44,560 nt of DNA from an uncultured Pseudomonadales bacterium (GTDB lineage: Bacteria > Patescibacteriota > Microgenomatia > UBA1400 > PJMF01), in contig CAZNOF010000002.1 in the NCBI GenBank assembly GCA_964574595.1, positions 25,413 through 69,972 of the forward strand, read 5' to 3'. Under the pieces are notes generated by a model that saw only the letters and a program-made list of their open reading frames with translations, had not been told where the DNA came from and did not search any database. A program made the position numbers and the translations under genes. Shown here piece after piece: positions 9,059-18,195 of this stretch (position 1 is its first letter; every line of letters starts with the position of its first letter).

Positions 9059-11509
9059 ATGTATTTTCGAAGGCGACTTGCCTCCAGTCTTTTTTTGCTT
9101 AGTCTTATTACGGGAACAATTACCTTTGGATTATTACGTCAACAAGTGAAGGCAGTTACTCAAACTGTCGCGGTCACCGCTTCTGTTCTGGCAAAGCCAA
9201 TTGATTTCCAGGGTGAGATTGTGTCAGATGTAAGTGGAAATATTGAGCAAAATACTGTTGTAACCTATACGATTACTTATGGTTCTCGGCTACTTTATGG
9301 AGATAGTATAAAAGTTGAAGCCCAGTGGTATCCTGGTTTGCCCGATGGCTCTTCGCCATCAGATATTTTTGAGTATGTCCCAGGTAGTGCCAGCCTTGCT
9401 TATGGAAGTACTGCCCCTTTTATTGACTCAGTTAATCAAAAAATTAAGTGGGATATTCCAAATTTGCCTGCCAATACAACTGGCCAAACTGTCACTTTTC
9501 AGCTAAAGACTAACAGTTCCTATACCGGAAATAACAAAGTAGATTTGCCAGTTCGGGTCAGAGTGATCTCACGAACGGCTTCGTCCACTGACCAGGTAGC
9601 AACAGTTAGTTACAAGTATCATGGCTCTCCTGTTGTGATTACCGCTACCAATGAACCTGCTTCTTCACCCACTCCGACCCCGGTTGTCTCTGCAGCTCCC
9701 ACTGTTTCACCGTCACCTAGTAGCATAACTACTACAAGTAGTACTTCAACAAAAAAATTAACGACTGCTTCCGTTGTTGTGAAAAAGGCAGTACCTAGCC
9801 TGACGCTACTCTCGCTGGTGGATAACGCTGTTAAACTTGCCGTTCAGACTCCTGAGGCTAGTACGATCAACGTTTCGTATGGAACAACTCCTTTGGTGAC
9901 AAAAGAAGTACCTTCTGATGAAACGTTATCTTCCCTGCATACTGTTGTTTTAAATAACCTCGAGCCAAATACTGATCATTTTGTTCAGGTTGAAGCGATA
10001 AATTCTTCAGGCGAGGTGACTAAATCTGACGTGTATGTCTACAAAACGGCTGTGACTTCCGAACAACCACAAGTTCAGTTACCGACTGTTACCTTTCTTA
10101 CTTCAAATGTGACTCTTTTTTCCTCGGACAACATATTAAATGACACTTCAAGTGAAAGTTCATCGACGAAAGCTGAATCAACACCAATTATCGTGTTGCC
10201 GAAAAATACTCTTTATTCATTTCATTTTGCTTCTACAAAAACCCTGTCTATTAAAAAAGTCTTAGTTCTTATTAGAGATGCACAAGTGCTCGGAGCATCT
10301 ACAGAACAAGGAAATCAGTCCACTGCTAACACCTTGAGCACCCAACTTATTTTAGCAAAAAATGGCAACTTTGAAGGAAATCTAAAATCACCAGCTAAAC
10401 CAGGAAAGTACGAAGTCTTCGCCCAGATATTCGACACTGATGGGAATATTGTTGAAAATAAGATAGCTGATCTACGTGTCTCTTTGCCTTTCCGAGTGAT
10501 TGCCAAGGATTCAAGAAACCCTATTGAAAAAGCTGAGGTTTTGCTTTCGTATTGGTCTGATAAGACAAAGTCATTTGTTTTACTACCACCACAACTTTTT
10601 TCATCTGCTAACCCCGATTATACTGACGTTGAAGGAAACCTGGCTAACTTAGCGCTGCCTCAAGGAAAATATCAAGTGAAGGTAAGTGCCACTCGGTATA
10701 AAACAGCAACTGTGGATTTTACAATTGGCCCAGACCAAGAACAAGATTACCCAAATATTATTCTCGAGCGTGAGTCATTTAACATCGTTACAATGTTAAA
10801 ATATTTTACTGAAGTTTTCCGTGACTTTGCCGACAAAAGAGTTACGCATCTTAGAACAGTCGCACAATCTTCACGATTTTTTGAGCTAAATATTTTAATC
10901 GTGACTGGTACATTAGTTTTTCTGACCCTTATTTCCTTTTCGACTCGAATCAGAATTCCACTGCAAAAATTACCAAAGTATCTTTGGCATCGAACCAGAA
11001 TTTTATTTGCTGGGAAGGATATAACTGAATTGGTAAAGGGTATTGTGGTTGATAAATTAACAGGACAACCAGTGAGTGGTGCAGATGTCTTTTTTGTTGA
11101 TGAGAGGAAGAGACAAATCGTTGCTCATAAGAGAACAGGTACAGACGGGAAATTTAGTTTTGTAAAAGTTTTAAGTACTTTGGAAGCCATTGAAGTTATG
11201 GCCGAGGGATATGAACCATTTGCTCTGGATGCTGATTCATATGTTTGTGAGGAATCGCACGAACATGTACTGGAGTTAGAGAAAAGTACTCGTCAAAAAC
11301 AACTTTGGGAAGATGGTCTTTCCTTCTTTGAAAAATTCTTAGGTCTAATTTTTGAGTTCATTCTGATTCAGACAATTATTTTTGAGTTAACATTTGGATT
11401 CGTATTAGGTTGGCCAAAAACAGCCCCGTTTTTTGTCATCTCTGTCGTGAATTTAGGGTTATGGTTGCTACATCTGACCCACCGTCGCACTGAACAATCA
11501 GTTGGGTAA
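9059..11509 (+). CDS. 816-aa multidomain Ig/FN3 membrane-anchored surface protein
   Basis: N-terminal signal/anchor; DUF11-like domain (VTYTITYG..IKWDIPNL..TVTFQLK); Ser/Thr/Pro linker; FN3-like domain (HTVVLNNLEPNTDHFVQV); carboxypeptidase-regulatory-like domain; TM helix; a second such domain (VKGIVVDKLTGQPVSGADV); two C-terminal TM helices. Confidence 0.75.
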   Translation: MYFRRRLASSLFLLSLITGTITFGLLRQQVKAVTQTVAVTASVLAKPIDFQGEIVSDVSGNIEQNTVVTYTITYGSRLLYGDSIKVEAQWYPGLPDGSSPSDIFEYVPGSASLAYGSTAPFIDSVNQKIKWDIPNLPANTTGQTVTFQLKTNSSYTGNNKVDLPVRVRVISRTASSTDQVATVSYKYHGSPVVITATNEPASSPTPTPVVSAAPTVSPSPSSITTTSSTSTKKLTTASVVVKKAVPSLTLLSLVDNAVKLAVQTPEASTINVSYGTTPLVTKEVPSDETLSSLHTVVLNNLEPNTDHFVQVEAINSSGEVTKSDVYVYKTAVTSEQPQVQLPTVTFLTSNVTLFSSDNILNDTSSESSSTKAESTPIIVLPKNTLYSFHFASTKTLSIKKVLVLIRDAQVLGASTEQGNQSTANTLSTQLILAKNGNFEGNLKSPAKPGKYEVFAQIFDTDGNIVENKIADLRVSLPFRVIAKDSRNPIEKAEVLLSYWSDKTKSFVLLPPQLFSSANPDYTDVEGNLANLALPQGKYQVKVSATRYKTATVDFTIGPDQEQDYPNIILERESFNIVTMLKYFTEVFRDFADKRVTHLRTVAQSSRFFELNILIVTGTLVFLTLISFSTRIRIPLQKLPKYLWHRTRILFAGKDITELVKGIVVDKLTGQPVSGADVFFVDERKRQIVAHKRTGTDGKFSFVKVLSTLEAIEVMAEGYEPFALDADSYVCEESHEHVLELEKSTRQKQLWEDGLSFFEKFLGLIFEFILIQTIIFELTFGFVLGWPKTAPFFVISVVNLGLWLLHLTHRRTEQSVG

Positions 11510-11511
11510 GA

Positions 11512-12165
11512 TTATTTAAGCGTTAACCATTCGCAGACATACACCCAGAGCTCTTGCGTTTCTGCAGTCTCAGAGTGAGGTTGTTCAATTTTATTTTGCG
11601 TCAGCAAATGAAACTTACCGGCATTGTTTTTATATCCCTTCAAATCAAATCCCTTACCGTTGATACTGACCTGGTATGGAGTTGCATCTTCCACGGGATT
11701 TAGTCCTGAGTTTGAGACAGCATTTTTCGCTCGTTCCTGTGAAGATAATGGCTTATCAGAAGTTAAAAGTAAGTATCTGCGTAATTGTGGGTTTGACTGA
11801 ATCTTTCCATCCACCATGATATTCATCGAAAGCAATTTGGGTTTATCTATTTGAATGGCTGAAGTAACATATGGTATTCGTGCATCGCCTTTAAACATAT
11901 GACGAGTTTTAATCGTCCAGTCTTTCCAATTTGGAATTCCTCGTAAGTGGGTGAACTCTGTTTTATGAGAAAAATCGCGAACTCTAAGCTGATGGTGGGT
12001 TTTTTGAAATAGGTCAAGGGTTTGTGAAGAGACAGAATCGGACAATGGGTAGAGGGTCTCTAAAAGTTTCTCTAAAAACATAGCCTCAACAGAAAGACTT
12101 AGCTGTTCCTTTTCAGTCAGTTTTTTATCAGATAGTTGGAGGAAGAAACGGGGAATTTCGTACAT
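11512..12165 (-). CDS. Hypothetical protein
   Basis: 217-aa ORF packed between neighbours with 2-3 nt gaps; no recognisable motif. Confidence 0.55.
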   Translation of the reverse strand: MYEIPRFFLQLSDKKLTEKEQLSLSVEAMFLEKLLETLYPLSDSVSSQTLDLFQKTHHQLRVRDFSHKTEFTHLRGIPNWKDWTIKTRHMFKGDARIPYVTSAIQIDKPKLLSMNIMVDGKIQSNPQLRRYLLLTSDKPLSSQERAKNAVSNSGLNPVEDATPYQVSINGKGFDLKGYKNNAGKFHLLTQNKIEQPHSETAETQELWVYVCEWLTLK

Positions 12166-12168
12166 ACT

Positions 12169-12507
12169 TTAGGCAAATGAAGTGTGTCTTACCTTCCATT
12201 TTTCAAGAGCAATCCCTAGCCAAAACGAATAGATACCCAAAGTTATAATGCAAAGGAAGCCCCATTTAAGCCAGTTACCAATTAAGTTAAAACCTGAACC
12301 TGAAAAATGAAGACGCTTGCCCTCAATGATAGTGTGATTTATTTTCCAGCCGTAGCTGAAACAGAGTGCCCAGGGATAAAAAATGCCAAAGGAAAAAAGT
12401 GTAATGACAAGACTAATTAATTGGACAAAAAACAGTTCGATAATGCCGCCGTCAAACTGTGATCTGGCAACAGCAGTTGAATTTTGCAGAGTCTCTGTCA
12501 TATGCAC
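12169..12507 (-). CDS. Small DUF898 (YjgN-like) membrane protein
   Basis: FDGG...TLFSFGIFYPWA...KINHTIIEGKRLHFSGSG...IITLGIYSFW matches the duplicated DUF898 pattern. ATG 12501 is an alternative start. Confidence 0.7.
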   Translation of the reverse strand: MHMTETLQNSTAVARSQFDGGIIELFFVQLISLVITLFSFGIFYPWALCFSYGWKINHTIIEGKRLHFSGSGFNLIGNWLKWGFLCIITLGIYSFWLGIALEKWKVRHTSFA

Positions 12508-12574
12508 CTTATAAAAGAGCTATATATAAGTATATTTTACTACGAGAACTGAAAAATGCGTAAGGAATTCATTC

Positions 12575-12964
12575 TCATAGTAAATGAATCCACTTACGAA
12601 AAATATTTTGAAGGGCGACGTAGTTTTTCTCAATTTCGTGCATACTATTGAAAGTTAATGTTCCTCGGATATTGGAATTCCATTGGATAAGGTTCAAATC
12701 ATCTTTGAATATCGGCTCTGCTTTTTTGTCTTCGGTTTCTTTGGCGCCTTTGTGAATAAGAATCTTTACTTTTTGATCTTTGTTCATGAGATTAAATGTG
12801 ATGCAATCAGCGCCGTTATAAACGTAATTTGGAGCATTCCATTTTATGTTTTCAACTAGAGAAGGTTCTGTCTCCAAAATACATTTACGTAAAAGCTGAA
12901 CTTGGTATTTCTGTTCAGGGGAGAGATCTTCAAGGAAATCTGTTATGGATTTGTACTTTTTCAT
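12575..12964 (-). CDS. DUF1801 (YdhG-like) protein
   Basis: SITDFLEDL...LRKCILETEPSLVENIKWNAPNY. The start is placed at ATG 12964, 1 nt after the upstream stop. Confidence 0.8.
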   Translation of the reverse strand: MKKYKSITDFLEDLSPEQKYQVQLLRKCILETEPSLVENIKWNAPNYVYNGADCITFNLMNKDQKVKILIHKGAKETEDKKAEPIFKDDLNLIQWNSNIRGTLTFNSMHEIEKNYVALQNIFRKWIHLL

Positions 12965-12965
12965 G

Positions 12966-13169
12966 TTATTGATTTGAGTTGGTTTCAAGGGTTTTTATCT
13001 TCTCTTCAATCAATGATTTTGAAATGTACATAGCGTTTAATCTATTTTTGAGGAGAGTATGATGAGCATTTCCCTTAGGGAACTTTTCTTGTGCTTTTTC
13101 ACATTTGTGGATGATGGAATCGACAGCCCGAAGGGCTTCTATCAATTCGGGTATTGTGTATTTATTCAT
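12966..13169 (-). CDS. Small helical hypothetical protein (67 aa)
   Basis: ORF preceded by TATAAT-N7-ATG and translationally coupled to the DUF1801 gene; amphipathic helical sequence. Confidence 0.65.
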   Translation of the reverse strand: MNKYTIPELIEALRAVDSIIHKCEKAQEKFPKGNAHHTLLKNRLNAMYISKSLIEEKIKTLETNSNQ

Positions 13170-13196
13170 GCAGGTGATTATAGCGTAACAATTTAT

Positions 13197-14318
13197 TTAC
13201 GGTTTTTTCAACGTCTTCATGAGTTCATCGCTAACAATTGAGTGGCCAAATGCTGTGTAATGGTCATAATCTAAGAAATACTCACTTTCAATATTTTGCA
13301 CGTCGGGCAAATAAACTTCAAGAATTTCTTCATAGGGTGTATCTGCTGGAAGTTGGTATTTGCTTGTTATTTTTTGGCGAGTAATTTCCCGCAGCACCGG
13401 AAGCATATCTATCGTTTTAAGATTATGTTCATTAGCAAATGCAAGAATTTTTTGTTGCGGAATTGCTTTGGATGCATCTAGCTCTAATTGGAAAGTGTAG
13501 GGTGATATAAGAACATAGCAAGGAATATGTGCTGTTTCACAAGCGTCCGCGAACTTCTTCAACCAAGAAAAGTATTCTGACCATTGAGTATTTTGACGGG
13601 GATCACTCGGATCGGTTACTAACTGCTTCTCATTCAATGGTTCGAAATGTTTAGCTTTGGATTGAATGGCGGCCTTATCCGTAGAATGAAATCTGATCGT
13701 CTTTGTGAGGTCAGAAAAGAAAAGGTATAAAGCACTATGCTGTGAAAGGTAGAAATGCCAATATGACATGTCTTGGACGCCATGGTAGTCGAGTCCAGTA
13801 CCTCCGAGCCTCAATTGGAATACGAAAGGTTCGGTCACATCATTTAGGGTAAACTGGATAACTGCAACGTCCGGTTTTAGTTTTTGATTCTGAGTAAAAT
13901 CGTAGTACTCCTGCATGCTGGAATATCCAGGAACACCAGCATTGATCGTGGTGATTTTTTTACTGGGCTCTAATGCCCCTAGAGCAGCTTGATATTTTTG
14001 AGTAAATGTATCGCGGAAATCTATGCCGTGCCCAAAGGTTATGGAATCACCTAAAAAGAGAACCCTCCACTCATTTGGAGCTTTTTCAACTGAAAAATTA
14101 TTTTCTCTGAATCCATACTGATTGGTGGTTATTTCTTTTCCAGCAAAATCACCTACTGAATTGCTTTTTAGTCGATATGTCTTCTCAGAATCGTATTCAA
14201 ATAAACCGTCGAACTCTAATTTTTGAGGATGATATTTTATTCTTGCAATCACTTCAGCCAGACACAGACAGAGTGCTACTGAAAAAATTGCTAAAGTAAT
14301 TTTTTTTAGTAAGAGCAT
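13197..14318 (-). CDS. SGNH/GDSL hydrolase-family protein with N-terminal membrane anchor
   Basis: Block I FLGDSITFG, block II INAGVPGYS, block III QFTLND, block V DYDHYT. Confidence 0.88.
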   Translation of the reverse strand: MLLLKKITLAIFSVALCLCLAEVIARIKYHPQKLEFDGLFEYDSEKTYRLKSNSVGDFAGKEITTNQYGFRENNFSVEKAPNEWRVLFLGDSITFGHGIDFRDTFTQKYQAALGALEPSKKITTINAGVPGYSSMQEYYDFTQNQKLKPDVAVIQFTLNDVTEPFVFQLRLGGTGLDYHGVQDMSYWHFYLSQHSALYLFFSDLTKTIRFHSTDKAAIQSKAKHFEPLNEKQLVTDPSDPRQNTQWSEYFSWLKKFADACETAHIPCYVLISPYTFQLELDASKAIPQQKILAFANEHNLKTIDMLPVLREITRQKITSKYQLPADTPYEEILEVYLPDVQNIESEYFLDYDHYTAFGHSIVSDELMKTLKKP

Positions 14319-14337
14319 AGATATAATCTAGCTCCTT

Positions 14338-15000
14338 TTATTGAATTGAGTAATCAGGGTTTGACTGAAGAATGCTTTTTACTTGTTGCACAACATCGGC
14401 ATCTTTAAACGTGTAGCTATAAGTGGTAGAACTCCATCGATCACCTGAGCTGGAGGTTGCAGCTTCAATCCGGTGAATTTGCTTTGAGCCAAATGTTGGG
14501 TGGTTTACCGAGATAATCAAAATCTGGTTTTTAGTATCTTGACCCTGGAAATGCGTTTTGACTTCATCTTTTGGTTCAACAGAAATGGTAAAGCGGGTAT
14601 CTTTGAATGTAATTTCTGACAAAACTGCTGACAACTCACGAACCGCAGTCGCGGTAGGTACATACCTTATTTCAGGTTGGACACTTTTAATCTCTGGTTT
14701 TTCATGAGCCAGCTTTCCAGTTTCTAAAGAGTACGCATCTCCGTTGTACCAAAGTCGTTTGAACCCTATGCCAAGTAGTCTGTTCTGAAATTTTCCGAGA
14801 AACTCTTGCAATGCCTCTGCAGCTGATCGGCCGGAAGCGCTTGGTTGCCAGTGAATCATATCGGCTTCATGTTTGTCTCTGAGGACGCTCTCAAACAACA
14901 AATCTTCGGGCAGGTCAAAGGCATCATACTCAATCAGAACTTTTGGTTGCTTAGGAGTCCATTCAGGTTGTGATGATCTTGGTGATTTTTCGTCTAACAT
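14338..15000 (-). CDS. Hypothetical protein
   Basis: 220-aa ORF with an upstream TATACT -10 box; no recognisable motif. Confidence 0.55.
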   Translation of the reverse strand: MLDEKSPRSSQPEWTPKQPKVLIEYDAFDLPEDLLFESVLRDKHEADMIHWQPSASGRSAAEALQEFLGKFQNRLLGIGFKRLWYNGDAYSLETGKLAHEKPEIKSVQPEIRYVPTATAVRELSAVLSEITFKDTRFTISVEPKDEVKTHFQGQDTKNQILIISVNHPTFGSKQIHRIEAATSSSGDRWSSTTYSYTFKDADVVQQVKSILQSNPDYSIQ

Positions 15001-15033
15001 AGCGTCTTTTTGAGTATAACCTTCAACCTACTT

Positions 15034-15171
15034 GCGGAGAGGGAGACAGCTTCGCTGCATTAGGCAGGCTCATTTCATTCGCTTGCCGGCAGGATTCAAT
15101 AATCACTCGCTCAGCCCATTCTGCCCGTTAGCCTCTGCTGCGCAGAGTTACCGGTCAGAGCGGAGAGGGAG
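15034..15171 (-). repeat. 12-bp direct repeat of the tRNA-Ser 3' end flanking a 114-bp element
   Basis: GCGGAGAGGGAG occurs at 15034-15045 and 15160-15171 (minus strand CTCCCTCTCCGC, the tRNA acceptor 3' strand). Confidence 0.75.
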
Positions 15172-15247
15172 GGATTCGAACCCTCGGTGACCTTGCAGCC
15201 ACAGTAGTTTTCAAGACTACCGCACTAAACCACTATGCGACCTCTCC
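15161..15247 (-). tRNA. tRNA-Ser(TGA)
   Basis: Folds as a cloverleaf: acceptor GGAGAGG/CCTCTCC; anticodon stem GTAGT/ACTAC with loop CT-TGA-AA; long variable arm; GAGGG-TTCGAAT-CCCTC; discriminator G; CCA not encoded. Upstream TGgTAAAAT at 15283-15275. Confidence 0.97.
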
Positions 15248-15328
15248 AAGGCTGGAAGTGATTCCAGATAGACAATTTTACCATCCTTTTGGCTTTTCCT
15301 CACTCTATTTTTCATGTACACTATAGAT

Positions 15329-16030
15329 ATGACAGAAAATGGGACAATTCCGGTGGCGCCAGCACCTGCACAGGATGTTAACTTTGCACCTGCTGTGCCT
15401 CAAGTAACGACGCCTGAGCCTCAACCTGTCCAGACGGTACAAACACCTCTTGTTCAACCTACTCAGCTTCCTGTTACTACTTTTGAACCTCAAGCGTCAA
15501 CTCAAGTGCCACCCCAATTTGCTGTTCCTCCAGATCAGAGACCGCAACCAGAACAAATAGTATTTGAATGGATTGCTCCGAATCGACCTTTTAAAAAGAA
15601 AAATCGTCAATACTACGTCACAATTGCGATGATCCTTTTCCTGATTAGTATGATTTTCTTCTTTGCTGGTCAATTTATCTTAATTGCGGTGGCGATTGCC
15701 GCTGGATTCCTGTTGTATGTGATGTCAGCAATTCCTCCTGAAATGGTGAAAAACCAGATCACAACCTACGGAATCAGGACTGATGGACAGCTGTATTATT
15801 GGGAAGAAATGGGCCGTTTTTGGTATGCCGTCCGCCAAAAACAAGATGTTTTGCATATAGAAGTGAATAGATTTCCAAATCATTTAACGCTTTTACCAGG
15901 CGATATCCCTCGAGAACAGCTCACTGAAATTCTTTCCAATGTCTTACTCCAGGAGCAACCTTTACCAACCAGTTTTGACAAGGCTGCTGCTTGGTTTCAG
16001 CAAAAGATTCAACTTGACCCAGAAGCATGA
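15329..16030 (+). CDS. DUF5673-like membrane protein with Pro/Gln-rich N-terminus
   Basis: ORF opens at 15314; ATG 15329 follows TACACT-N6. Sequence FEWIAPNRPFKKK, two TM helices, then ITTYGI..YYWEEMGRFW (bacterial PH-like), a pattern typical of CPR proteins. Confidence 0.7.
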   Translation: MTENGTIPVAPAPAQDVNFAPAVPQVTTPEPQPVQTVQTPLVQPTQLPVTTFEPQASTQVPPQFAVPPDQRPQPEQIVFEWIAPNRPFKKKNRQYYVTIAMILFLISMIFFFAGQFILIAVAIAAGFLLYVMSAIPPEMVKNQITTYGIRTDGQLYYWEEMGRFWYAVRQKQDVLHIEVNRFPNHLTLLPGDIPREQLTEILSNVLLQEQPLPTSFDKAAAWFQQKIQLDPEA

Positions 16031-16067
16031 TAAAATATACCCCTGGTGATTCTCGAATCATCTCTAA

Positions 16068-16139
16068 GCACCCGTAGTTCAACGGATAGAATGAAGGTTT
16101 GCGGAACCTTTGATCCAAGTTCGATTCTTGGCGGGTGCA
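16068..16139 (+). tRNA. tRNA-Arg(GCG)
   Basis: Acceptor GCACCCG/CGGGTGC; anticodon stem AAGGT/ACCTT with loop TT-GCG-GA (anticodon at 16101-16103); T arm CCAAG-TTCGATT-CTTGG; no CCA. Upstream TGaTAAAAT at 16028-16036. Confidence 0.95.
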
Positions 16140-16154
16140 CATCAAAAAGCATAA

Positions 16155-16184
16155 AAAAAGCCAGACCTCACGATCTGGCTTTTT
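16155..16184. terminator. Bidirectional intrinsic terminator
   Basis: AAAAAGCCAGA-N8-TCTGGCTTTTT lies between the convergent tRNA-Arg and the 650-aa gene. Confidence 0.8.
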
Positions 16185-16222
16185 CAGTTCTACGACATGC
16201 GTCGTGAAACTAAAAACTGATA

Positions 16223-18175
16223 CTATTGTTGCAATTGCCACTTAATGATCGGGCGCGTCAAGTCTTCTAATGAGATGACCTCATTGACCGCGCCTACATC
16301 AAGTTTGAGCACCGTAATACGGACTCCATCACCGGGCTGAATGAGCGCCGTAACGGGCGTGGAGTCCAACACAAAGATTGATTCAGCTCCATCTGGAGAG
16401 ACCTTGACGAGTAGCGAGATTCGAGCGACAGAGCCGTCACTAAACACGCCGATTGTCTCAACATTTCCAGAAACTGGTTTCGCTTCTGCCGTGGCTGAAA
16501 TGTTCGTAGAATCTTGATTCCCGAGAGCGATTTTCCGTTGAAGTTTGCTATATGCTTGAGGGACAGTTGCTCCCGTTACATAGGCAGATTGCTCATTGGT
16601 CTGATTCGCCAACACCATCACCACCCCTTGCCTTTGAAACGCCTTATAAGGGCGTCCGTCGGCAACCATGTCGTTAGCCTTAGTCAGGATTGCATAGATC
16701 ACATATTGGCCAAGCATTTGCTGAACTTGCATGTCTTCAACAAGCACCGTTTCACCATTTTGCAAGTTGAAGTCGCTGTTTCCCTGCGTCACCATATTCT
16801 TGCCGACCGTCTCCAAAATTTGAAGACGAGCTAATGGATTTGGCGCCAAGTTACTCGGAAGGCCAGCAGTAGCGAAGTCGGATGCGGCGATATTAGTAAA
16901 CCCAGTCATCTTGCCAGTCCGTGGATCCGCAAAGATCATGGCTGCCATTGCCGTATCTTGATTGTGGCTAGTCATAGAGAACTGCCATTCGCGACCAGTC
17001 TTGGTGAAGACGTTTGACTCAGGTCGGCCGGGAAGCTCATCCAATTGATACCTATTGGCGTTTGCTTGTTGAGCGCAAATCTTGGAGAAAGCAAAGCTCC
17101 CCCAAAAATTGAGCTTATCAACGAAGAAGTCCTGCGGGAACACATTTTGGATCCAGCTGGGTAGGTTTGGATCTACCTCATAACTTACTGAGCCATCTGC
17201 GGCTGTGACCGTGGTGATGGAGTAAGTTGTTCGGTCGCCCGTTTGAGGATCAAACACAAGGTATCCAACGGGTGTGTAGCCCCAAGTTCCAACTGCTGGT
17301 TTGACCAGTAAGCCGGTATTGTAGGGGCGCCAATTGTTATCCACTTCCAAGGTGTCCAGATCCAAAATCATCACACCATTTGGTTGGGTGACCTGCTCAA
17401 AGACAATTCTGCCTAAGTCATGATCATTACCAATGCTGTTCAGCCCGTTCATGCCCTGAAGGCCATCCACGTACTTGATGTCCGCTTTGACCAATTCGGC
17501 TGGAGCATTTGCTTTCAGCGCGTCCACTTTGTAGTAGCCGGGGATGGATGCGTCATGCGAGATAAACGCTGAGTAGTTCGTGGGTTTCATACTCACAATC
17601 GCGTAGGGGTGACCGTTTACGTATTGTAATTGGACTGAGCCAACTTCCAGATAGCTGCTATAGCCCTTCGCAATTTCTGTGCGCGCGGCTGAGATAGCTA
17701 GGTCGGGGGTCATGGCAATCAGTTCATTGGGATCAAGATCTGCATGCGAGGCTCCCGAAAAATCTATAGAAGCCATTTTCGCCAAGGCCGTGTACCGATC
17801 TTGGTTACAGATCAGGCCAATCGTATCATGTGGGTTCACGGCTAGATCAATACCTGTAAACAGCAGAAAAGACAGTGCCAAGCAACTCAATGGCACGACA
17901 GTGTTGGGGGTAAAATCGCGGTCATTACCCACCAGAAATCCGATGACTATGACGATGCCAAGGTTCACGTACACATATGGCATATAGTCAAGTGCGGAGA
18001 GTAATGGGTTGCGATTTGCGTAGTGCATCCATACAGCCACAATCACGGTTGTGATCGAGACGATACTGGCGGAAGCAGCTGCTCTTGAGAGCTTACTTCC
18101 GCTATATCCGGTTACTAATTGGGTGCTAGCCGCTAGTAGTGTAGAAAAGAAGCAGAGTGCAAGAAGCACGATCAT
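16223..18175 (-). CDS. Uncharacterised ~650-aa membrane protein with large extracytoplasmic region
   Basis: Start reassigned to ATG 18175, which lies 9 nt downstream of AAGGAG (18190-18185). About four N-terminal TM helices; PepSY-like motifs (GYLVFDPQTG, MIFADPRTG); OB-fold-like C-terminus. Confidence 0.75.
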   Translation of the reverse strand: MIVLLALCFFSTLLAASTQLVTGYSGSKLSRAAASASIVSITTVIVAVWMHYANRNPLLSALDYMPYVYVNLGIVIVIGFLVGNDRDFTPNTVVPLSCLALSFLLFTGIDLAVNPHDTIGLICNQDRYTALAKMASIDFSGASHADLDPNELIAMTPDLAISAARTEIAKGYSSYLEVGSVQLQYVNGHPYAIVSMKPTNYSAFISHDASIPGYYKVDALKANAPAELVKADIKYVDGLQGMNGLNSIGNDHDLGRIVFEQVTQPNGVMILDLDTLEVDNNWRPYNTGLLVKPAVGTWGYTPVGYLVFDPQTGDRTTYSITTVTAADGSVSYEVDPNLPSWIQNVFPQDFFVDKLNFWGSFAFSKICAQQANANRYQLDELPGRPESNVFTKTGREWQFSMTSHNQDTAMAAMIFADPRTGKMTGFTNIAASDFATAGLPSNLAPNPLARLQILETVGKNMVTQGNSDFNLQNGETVLVEDMQVQQMLGQYVIYAILTKANDMVADGRPYKAFQRQGVVMVLANQTNEQSAYVTGATVPQAYSKLQRKIALGNQDSTNISATAEAKPVSGNVETIGVFSDGSVARISLLVKVSPDGAESIFVLDSTPVTALIQPGDGVRITVLKLDVGAVNEVISLEDLTRPIIKWQLQQ

Positions 18176-18195
18176 GATGTGAATCTCCTTCAAAC

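Noticed and set aside
11512-15000. Integron cassette array
   Set aside because: Genes are co-oriented and unrelated, but I found no attC-like GTTRRRY/RYYYAAC inverted structures in the short gaps and no integrase.
15921-16241. 106-aa minus ORF, and likewise ORFs 22052-22312 and 22066-22263
   Set aside because: They run antisense across tRNA genes and a terminator; the tRNA folds explain the sequence.
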